From Eubacterium sp. (GTDB taxonomy: Bacteria; Bacillota; Clostridia; Oscillospirales; Acutalibacteraceae), in contig JBJFHZ010000103.1 of assembly GCA_051894075.1 (NCBI GenBank), positions 9,549 through 73,548 of the forward strand: DNA of 64,000 nt. Direction: 5' to 3'. Made by a program: the position numbers and the translations under genes. The stretch's first letter is position 1. Each line of letters begins with the position of its first letter. The notes under the pieces are model-generated. The model saw only the letters and a program-made list of their open reading frames with translations. It did not search any database and was not told where the DNA came from. Shown here piece by piece: positions 56,890 to 64,000 of the stretch.

Positions 56890-58098
56890 TTATACCTCCT
56901 CTCCGACTTTTACCATTACCCCGGGGGCAACATTTTTACCTTTTGTAATTTTAGCGTCTGCTCCGATTACCGAAATTCCCCACTCCTCAGGCTTTTCAAG
57001 AAGCTCGGGAATTTCGCCTATCTTTGCGCCCTCCTCAATAACCGCATTTTCTGCAACTATTGAGTAATAAACCTTTGCGCCCTTTTTGATAACTGCACCC
57101 GGCATAATTACGCTGTATCTAACATCTGCATCCTCTTCGATAGTAACATTTGAGGATACTACACTATAATCAACATTTCCCTCAATTTCACAGCCCTCAC
57201 TTATTGAGCAGTTCTCAACAACGGCATTTTTGCCGATATAGTGAGGCGGAGCCATAGGATTGCGTGAATAAATTCTCCAGCTCTTATCACTCAAATCAAG
57301 GTCAACGTTAGGATTGATTATATCAAGGTTAGCCTCCCAGAGAGAGTCAATAGTTCCAACGTCCTTCCAGTAGCCCTTGAACGGGAATGCAAACATTCTC
57401 TCGCCTGCGTCAAGCATTGTAGGAATGATATTTTTACCGAAATCGTTGGCGGAGCCTTCTGTATTTTCATCCTGAATGAGATATTTTTTAAGCTTATCCC
57501 AGCTGAATACGTAAACGCCCATAGACGCCTTATTGCTCTTTGGCTTTTCAGGCTTCTCGGCAAACTCGTAAATCTTATTATCCTCATCTGTTGCAAGAAT
57601 ACCGAATCTTGAAGCCTCCTCCCACGGAACCTCAAGAACGGCAATGGTACAGTCGGCATTGTTCTTTTTGTGGAAATCAACCATCTTTGCATAGTTCATT
57701 TTATAAATATGGTCTCCTGAAAGAACAACTACATATTCGGGATCATACTTTTCAATAAAGTTAATATTCTGATAAATTGCATTTGCAGTACCCTTGTACC
57801 ATTCTGCACCGCCGATTGCCTCATATGGTGAAAGAATATGAATACCGCCGTTTTGACGGTCAAGGTCCCAAGGCTGACCGTTGCCGAGATAATCGTTTAA
57901 CTCAAGCGGCTGATACTGGGTAAGCACGCCTACAATATAAATACCGCTGTTTACACAGTTTGAAAGAGGAAAATCTATAATTCTGTAATTGCCTCCGTAA
58001 GGAACGGCAGGCTTTGCAATGTTCTTTGTAAGCACGCCCAGACGGCTTCCCTGACCGCCTGCAAGCAGCATTGCAACAATCTTATTTTTGTGTGCCAT
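56890..58098 (-). CDS. glgC: Glucose-1-phosphate adenylyltransferase
   Basis: [12 protein letters not shown]...AKPAV.YGG.YRIIDF, WY.GTA.A, LSGDHIY, DFGK, YW.DVGT. Confidence 0.97.
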   Translation of the reverse strand: MAHKNKIVAMLLAGGQGSRLGVLTKNIAKPAVPYGGNYRIIDFPLSNCVNSGIYIVGVLTQYQPLELNDYLGNGQPWDLDRQNGGIHILSPYEAIGGAEWYKGTANAIYQNINFIEKYDPEYVVVLSGDHIYKMNYAKMVDFHKKNNADCTIAVLEVPWEEASRFGILATDEDNKIYEFAEKPEKPKSNKASMGVYVFSWDKLKKYLIQDENTEGSANDFGKNIIPTMLDAGERMFAFPFKGYWKDVGTIDSLWEANLDIINPNVDLDLSDKSWRIYSRNPMAPPHYIGKNAVVENCSISEGCEIEGNVDYSVVSSNVTIEEDADVRYSVIMPGAVIKKGAKVYYSIVAENAVIEEGAKIGEIPELLEKPEEWGISVIGADAKITKGKNVAPGVMVKVGEEV

Positions 58099-60157
58099 TT
58101 TTTCTCTCCTTATTTTTTGCTTGTGTTGTTTTTGTCTGTTTCTGATTTTTTGGTGCAGAGGCTTTTTTATCAGCTTCCTTCCTGTTTTCGCTTACCTTTT
58201 TGTCCGAAGCTGTATTCAATGCCTTATCTGCGGATTTACCTTCATTCTTTTTGGTGCTTGCCTTGCTTTTCGGCTTGCCTGCTGTTTTTTGAAGATAAAT
58301 TGCCGACAAACCGTTTAGCTTCAGTCCAATACTTTGGTCAAGTCCATGCATAGGAAGGCTCTTTGATTTGTAGGTTCCCGAAAGCTTCTGCTTTTCTCCG
58401 CCGTATTTTTCAAGAGATGTGTCAAACACAACCTTGTATGTGCCCTCCTCGGGAACGCCGATTCTGTACTCCTTAAAGCTATTTGGAGTAAAGTTGAATA
58501 CGCCGATAATTTCCTTACCGCTTTTATCAATTCGTCTGAAAGCAATAATGGAATTAGCGTTATCCTCATTTGAAATCCACTGGAAGCCCTCCCAGCTGTA
58601 ATCAATTTCCCAAAGAGCAGGAGTGTTTTTGTAAAATTTATTAAGCTCCTTTGTAAACTCTAAGGTTTTCTGATGCTTGTCGTAATCAAGCAATACCCAG
58701 TCAAGTCCCTGCTTGTAATTCCACTCAATGAACTGACCGAATTCACTGCCCATAAACAAAAGCTTTTTACCCGGATGTGCAAACATATATGCAAGGAAAA
58801 GACGAAGTCCTGCAAATTTCATATCATAGTCGCCGGGCATTTTGTTGAGCAGGCTTGCTTTTCCGTGAACAACCTCATCATGACTTATGGGCAAAATGAA
58901 GTTTTCGCTGAAGGCGTAGAAAAAGCTGAAGGTTATACAGCTGTGATTACCCTTTCTGAACAGAGGGTCCATAGATGTGTAACGGAGCATATCGTTCATC
59001 CAGCCCATATTCCACTTAAAGTTAAAGCCCAAACCGCCTAAATCGGGTGGCATTGTAATCATCGGCCAAGCGGTTGACTCCTCGGCAATCATCATAACCT
59101 GCGGATGCTCGGCAAACATTGCTCTGCTCAGGTCCTGGAAAAATTCAACAGCCTCAAGATTTTCTCTTCCGCCGTTTTTATTCGGAGTCCACTGACCGTC
59201 ATCTCTGCCGTAATCAAGATAGAGCATAGACGCTACGGCGTCAACTCTCAGTCCGTCAAAGTGGAATTCATCAACCCAGTACATAGCAGAGGAGATAAGG
59301 AATGACTTAACCTCGTTTTTACCGTAGTCAAATACTCTTGTTCCCCATTCCTTGTGCTCGCCCTTTTTCAAGTCGGAATATTCATAGGTGCATTCTCCGT
59401 CAAATTCGTAAAGTCCGTAGCCGTCCTTTGGAAAATGAGCAGGCACCCAGTCAAGAATTACTCCTATACCTGCCTTATGGCACATATCAATAAAATACAT
59501 CAAATCATCGGGAGTACCGTATCTTGATGTGGGAGCAAAATATCCTGTTACCTGATAGCCCCAGGAGCCGTCAAAGGGATATTCCATAATCGGCATCATT
59601 TCAATATGAGTATATCCCATCTCCTTAACATAAGGGATAAGCTCGTCAGCCATTTGCCTGTAGGAAAGGAAATCGCCGTTTTCGTGCTGCTTCCAAGAGC
59701 CGAAATGAATTTCGTAAATATTAACAGGGCGTTCAAGAATATTGCCCTTATTTGTATCGGCATACCATTTTTTATCAGTCCATTTATATCCGCCGGTTTC
59801 ATAGACCTTTGAAGCAGTACCCGGTCTTGTTTCAGCGTGGAATGCATATGGATCCGACTTTAAAATCACAGTACCCTTTGCTGTGGTGATAGCGTATTTG
59901 TAGCAATCATATATTTCAATGCCGTCAATGACTGACTCCCATACTCCGTCGGAAATCTTCTCCATTTTGTTTTCAAGTTCGTCCCAGTTGTTGAAATCAC
60001 CAACAACCGAAACGGCTTTAGCGTGGGGAGCCCAAACTCTGAAAGCAAATGTACTGCCTTTAATTCTATGACAGCCGAAGAATTCATATGCCTTATAGTT
60101 TTTTCCTGAATGGAAAATATACAGAGGAAACTCATATTCTTTTTTCAGTTTCGCCAT
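58082..60157 (-). CDS. glgB: 1,4-alpha-glucan branching enzyme
   Basis: [47 protein letters not shown]; start MAKLKK. Confidence 0.97.
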   Translation of the reverse strand: MAKLKKEYEFPLYIFHSGKNYKAYEFFGCHRIKGSTFAFRVWAPHAKAVSVVGDFNNWDELENKMEKISDGVWESVIDGIEIYDCYKYAITTAKGTVILKSDPYAFHAETRPGTASKVYETGGYKWTDKKWYADTNKGNILERPVNIYEIHFGSWKQHENGDFLSYRQMADELIPYVKEMGYTHIEMMPIMEYPFDGSWGYQVTGYFAPTSRYGTPDDLMYFIDMCHKAGIGVILDWVPAHFPKDGYGLYEFDGECTYEYSDLKKGEHKEWGTRVFDYGKNEVKSFLISSAMYWVDEFHFDGLRVDAVASMLYLDYGRDDGQWTPNKNGGRENLEAVEFFQDLSRAMFAEHPQVMMIAEESTAWPMITMPPDLGGLGFNFKWNMGWMNDMLRYTSMDPLFRKGNHSCITFSFFYAFSENFILPISHDEVVHGKASLLNKMPGDYDMKFAGLRLFLAYMFAHPGKKLLFMGSEFGQFIEWNYKQGLDWVLLDYDKHQKTLEFTKELNKFYKNTPALWEIDYSWEGFQWISNEDNANSIIAFRRIDKSGKEIIGVFNFTPNSFKEYRIGVPEEGTYKVVFDTSLEKYGGEKQKLSGTYKSKSLPMHGLDQSIGLKLNGLSAIYLQKTAGKPKSKASTKKNEGKSADKALNTASDKKVSENRKEADKKASAPKNQKQTKTTQAKNKERKNGTQK

Positions 60158-60504
60158 TTCTTCATCTCCTTTTCGTGATTTGGATAACAATATCCTATAG
60201 TACAGTTTCATAATATCACCTTTATGCAGAATAATCAAGCAGTTTTTGTTTAGTTTGTTACAAAAAAAAGTTAAATTTTTTTAAAATATGTGTAAATTGT
60301 TAAAAATGTATAAAACCTGAGGAAGATTGTTGTGTATATTTCCTCCTATTCGTAAAATACGGTAATTCTTATGAATATCAAAAATATAAACTAAAGATTA
60401 GAAATTTTTGTAATATTTGATATTGTATATTAATGATTGCATATGATATAATATACACGATTTATGTGAAGCAAGTCTATCGTGTAAGAAAGAGAAGAAA
60501 CACA

Positions 60505-61020
60505 ATGCGTGACATTATTATCGCATACCCTGTTAAGAGTGTTGCACTAAAACTGCGTTCATTGCTTGAAAGTGAAGGACTCCACGTTTCCTGCATTTGT
60601 GCAATGGGCTCCAGCGCTCTGAGTATTTCTCAGGATATGAGAGAGGGAGTTATCGTCTGCGCCGAAATGCTAAGCGATATGAGTGCAGGAAATATTGCGG
60701 AGCATCTTCCGCCCGATTTTGACGTGGTGGCATTGTCAAAAAACGGCACACAAAGCTATATGGGCAATCTTATTTATCTTCCCCTGCCCGTAAACAGAGA
60801 TGAATTTATCAGCACCGTGTCAATTCTTGCAAGCAGTACCTCAGCATTTACAAGACGTGACAATGGCGACGCTGAGATAATTTCAAATGCCAAGCTTATC
60901 ATTATGGACAGAATGAATATGACTGAAACTCAGGCACATAAATATCTTCAAAGTGAAAGCATGAAAACAGGTAAAAAGCTTGCTAAGCTTGCCCAGGAGA
61001 TAATTAACGACTTTATGTGA
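60505..61020 (+). CDS. ANTAR domain protein with degenerate receiver-like N-terminus
   Basis: C-terminal I..AK..IM....MTE.QAH.YLQ..SM......LA..II. Confidence 0.85.
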   Translation: MRDIIIAYPVKSVALKLRSLLESEGLHVSCICAMGSSALSISQDMREGVIVCAEMLSDMSAGNIAEHLPPDFDVVALSKNGTQSYMGNLIYLPLPVNRDEFISTVSILASSTSAFTRRDNGDAEIISNAKLIIMDRMNMTETQAHKYLQSESMKTGKKLAKLAQEIINDFM

Positions 61021-61061
61021 TTTACATATTTTTCTGCAAACCGTTTTAAAAGGATGATTTT

Positions 61062-61916
61062 ATGAAGTTTACAAAAATGCATGGCTGTGGAAATGATTAT
61101 ATCTACATTGATTGCTTTACCGAAGCTGTCGAAAACGAAAGCGAAGCAGCTATAAAGCTTTCCGACCGTCATTTCGGTATCGGCGGCGACGGAATAATAC
61201 TGATAAAAAAAGGTACATTAGCTGATTTTGAAATGGTTATGTATAATCCCGATGGCACAAGAGCCGAAATGTGCGGAAATGCAATCAGATGCGTTGCACG
61301 TTATGTATATGACAAGGGCTATACAGACAAGGACAAATTCACCATAGAATCAATGGGGAAGGTCAAGTATATCACCCTGACTGTTGAAAATAATGTCGTA
61401 AAAGGCGTTAGAGTTGATATGGGTGCGCCTATACTTAAATCCGACGAAATTCCCGTTGTCAGCGACAGCGAAAAAGCCCTAAACAAAGAGATTGAAATTG
61501 ACGGAAGAAAATTCAATATGACCTGCGTTTCAATGGGCAATCCCCATGCGGTTATGTTTATTGACAAAAGCCCGAGAGAATTTGAGCTTGAGCATTTCGG
61601 TCCCCTTTTTGAAAACAATTCTGCTTTTCCGAAAAGAGTAAATGCGGAATTTGCTTATGTAGTTGACAGAAAGAATATTGAAATGCGTGTATGGGAAAGA
61701 GGAACGGGCGAAACCCTTGCCTGCGGTACGGGCTCCTGTGCAACTGCCGTTGCGGCCATTCTTAACGGCTATGCCGACAATGACGTAACAATCCACCTTC
61801 TCGGAGGAGATTTAAAAATCAGCTGGAGCGGTAATGAACAGGACAGCGTATTTATGACAGGCCCTGCAAGCTACGTTTTCAGCGGTGAAATTGATGTAAA
61901 TAATTTGGAGGATTAA
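61062..61916 (+). CDS. dapF: Diaminopimelate epimerase
   Basis: KMHG.GNDY, R.FGIG.DG, MCGN.IRC, MGNPH, ERG.GETLACGTG. Confidence 0.97.
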   Translation: MKFTKMHGCGNDYIYIDCFTEAVENESEAAIKLSDRHFGIGGDGIILIKKGTLADFEMVMYNPDGTRAEMCGNAIRCVARYVYDKGYTDKDKFTIESMGKVKYITLTVENNVVKGVRVDMGAPILKSDEIPVVSDSEKALNKEIEIDGRKFNMTCVSMGNPHAVMFIDKSPREFELEHFGPLFENNSAFPKRVNAEFAYVVDRKNIEMRVWERGTGETLACGTGSCATAVAAILNGYADNDVTIHLLGGDLKISWSGNEQDSVFMTGPASYVFSGEIDVNNLED

Positions 61917-61921
61917 AATAT

Positions 61922-63139
61922 ATGAAGATTAACGAAAACTTTTTAAAGATTGAATCAAGCTATCTTTTCTCAACTGTTGCAAAGAAGCAGAGAGAATATC
62001 AGGCAGCTCATCCCGAGGCAGACGTTATCCGTCTTTCAATCGGCGACGTAACAAAGCCTCTTGCTCCTGCTGTTATCGAGGCAATGCACAAGGCAGTTGA
62101 AGAAATGGCAAATGAGGATACCTTTAGAGGCTATCCGCCTGAGTACGGCTATGATTTTATTCTTGATGCAATTCAAAAGCACGACTATACCGACAGGGGA
62201 ATTGATATTGCAAAGGATGAGATTTTCCTTTCCGACGGTGCAAAATCAGACTGCGGTAATATCGGCGACATTTTTTCAGTTGATAACAAGGTTGCAATCT
62301 GTGACCCTGTTTATCCTGTATATGTTGACACAAACGTAATGGCGGGTAGAAGCGGTGACAAAAATGCAGAAGGTCTTTGGTCAAACATTATCTATATGCC
62401 CTGCACTGCTGAAAATAATTTCACACCTGACATTCCCGATGAAATTCCCGATGTAATTTATCTTTGCTTCCCTAACAATCCAACAGGTATGGTTGCTACA
62501 AGAGAGCAGTTAAAGAAGTGGGTTGATTTTGCAAACGAGCATCATTCACTTATCCTCTTTGACTCTGCCTATGAGGCATTTGTTGTTGACGAGGATATCC
62601 CGAAATCAATATACGAAATCGAGGGTGCCAAGACCTGCGCTATTGAGCTTCGTTCATTTTCAAAGACAGCAGGCTTTACAGGTATGAGATGCGGATATAC
62701 AGTTGTTCCTAAGGACCTTGTTTTTGACGGGACAAGCCTTAATCCTCTTTGGGCAAGACGTCAGGCTACAAAGTTTAACGGTGTTTCATATATCACTCAG
62801 AGAGCTGCCGAGGCTATCTACACAGAAGAAGGTCAAAAGCAGATTAAGGAAACACTTGCATATTATCAGAAGAATGCAAGAGTTATTTATGACGGTCTTT
62901 GCGACGCAGGCTTTGAATGTTACGGCGGTGTAAATTCACCGTATGTATGGCTTCGTGTTCCTGAGGGCTACACCTCTTGGGAATTCTTTGATGAGCTTCT
63001 TGAAAAGTGCCAGGTAGTAGGTACTCCGGGTTCAGGCTTCGGTCCTGCAGGCGAGGGTTACTTCAGACTGACCTCCTTCGGTAACGCCGAAAAGACCGTT
63101 GAGGCTATTGAGAGAATCAAAAAGGCTTACAAGAAATAA
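61922..63139 (+). CDS. dapL: LL-diaminopimelate aminotransferase
   Basis: YLF, IGDVT.PL, SDGAK.D, DPVYPVY.D, CFPNNPTG, SFSKTAGFTG.R, GTPG.GFG. Confidence 0.95.
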   Translation: MKINENFLKIESSYLFSTVAKKQREYQAAHPEADVIRLSIGDVTKPLAPAVIEAMHKAVEEMANEDTFRGYPPEYGYDFILDAIQKHDYTDRGIDIAKDEIFLSDGAKSDCGNIGDIFSVDNKVAICDPVYPVYVDTNVMAGRSGDKNAEGLWSNIIYMPCTAENNFTPDIPDEIPDVIYLCFPNNPTGMVATREQLKKWVDFANEHHSLILFDSAYEAFVVDEDIPKSIYEIEGAKTCAIELRSFSKTAGFTGMRCGYTVVPKDLVFDGTSLNPLWARRQATKFNGVSYITQRAAEAIYTEEGQKQIKETLAYYQKNARVIYDGLCDAGFECYGGVNSPYVWLRVPEGYTSWEFFDELLEKCQVVGTPGSGFGPAGEGYFRLTSFGNAEKTVEAIERIKKAYKK

Positions 63140-63177
63140 AATAAAATTACAAATAATGTCAAAGGAGATATAAAGCT

Positions 63178-63888
63178 ATGGAGAAAAAAGAACAGCTCTA
63201 TGAGGGCAAGGCAAAAAAGGTTTGGGCAACAGAAAACCCCGACATCGTAATAGTTGATTACAAGGACGACGCTACTGCATTTAACGGCCTTAAAAAAGGT
63301 ACTATTGCAGGTAAGGGCGTAGTAAACAACAAGATGTCAAACTACCTTATGCAAATTCTTGAGAAAAAAGGTATTCCTACTCACTTTGTTGAGGAGCTTT
63401 CCGACAGAGAAACTGCTGTTAAAAAGGTTACAATCGTACCTCTTGAGGTTATTATCCGTAACCGTGCCGCAGGCTCTATCTGCAAGAGATTAGGTCTTGA
63501 GGAGGGTATGGATTTTGTTTGTCCTTCAATCGAATTTTCATATAAAGACGATGACCTCGGCGACCCGCTTATCAACGGCTATCACGCTGTTTCCTGTGGC
63601 TTTGCCACACAGGAGGATGTGGACACAATTAAGAAAATGGCATTCGCTGTAAATGACGTTCTTAAAGAATACTTTGCATCAATCGGAGTTGAGCTTATCG
63701 ACTTTAAGCTTGAATTCGGCAAGACATCAGACGGTACAATCGTGCTTGCTGACGAAATCAGCCCTGACACCTGCCGTTTCTGGGATATCAAAACTCACGA
63801 AAAGCTTGACAAGGACCGTTTTCGCCGTGACCTTGGCGGTGTAGAAGCAGCATATGCTGAAATGATGAAGAGAGTAGGTTTAGACTAA
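63178..63888 (+). CDS. purC: SAICAR synthetase
   Basis: [53 protein letters not shown]. Confidence 0.97.
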   Translation: MEKKEQLYEGKAKKVWATENPDIVIVDYKDDATAFNGLKKGTIAGKGVVNNKMSNYLMQILEKKGIPTHFVEELSDRETAVKKVTIVPLEVIIRNRAAGSICKRLGLEEGMDFVCPSIEFSYKDDDLGDPLINGYHAVSCGFATQEDVDTIKKMAFAVNDVLKEYFASIGVELIDFKLEFGKTSDGTIVLADEISPDTCRFWDIKTHEKLDKDRFRRDLGGVEAAYAEMMKRVGLD

Positions 63889-64000
63889 TGCCTAATAATA
63901 CATACAATTCACCCTTTAACGCCCGTTACGCATCAAAGGAAATGCAGTACATTTACTCTCCCGATTTTAAATTTAAGACCTGGAGAAAGCTTTGGATTGC
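63888..64000 (+). CDS. purB: Adenylosuccinate lyase, 5' part
   Basis: [37 protein letters not shown]; TAATG overlap with purC. Confidence 0.85.
   Translation, partial: MPNNTYNSPFNARYASKEMQYIYSPDFKFKTWRKLWI

Overview
AT-rich chromosomal segment from a Clostridia-type Firmicute; gene style suggests an Oscillospirales/Eubacterium-like gut bacterium (inference). Left to right: an envelope-stress/GNAT gene run (PspC, YoaP-GNAT, DUF4097, YbjQ, PI-PLC-like); a host-glycan glycosidase locus (three GH29, GH36, GH16 lipoprotein) interleaved with TetR, an antiporter and a phosphoesterase; cobB; a 2184-aa Ig/FIVAR surface protein paired with an LRR/dockerin-like protein; glyQS; a YabE/RpfB-like G5-3D gene with a long structured leader; a pseudo-sortase/membrane protein operon; ddl-argS-radical SAM; spoIIE and ylbJ; GH3; glpK/Ldh_2/malic enzyme; acpP; aroEK; an orphan wzm; glgBCDA; ANTAR-dapF-dapL-purC-purB. 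No rRNA, tRNA, CRISPR array, transposase or integrase was recognised. The three strongest leads are: (1) a promoter, a ~170-nt switchable RNA leader (rod, anti-terminator, terminator) and an orphan tandem-duplicated four-zinc-finger gene at 52957-54314; (2) five intergenic mosaics of shuffled GTAG-REP and other palindromic modules, each bracketed by an inverted ~17-bp motif; (3) a four-hairpin leader upstream of the cell-wall hydrolase gene. All calls are by eye, with no database searches.
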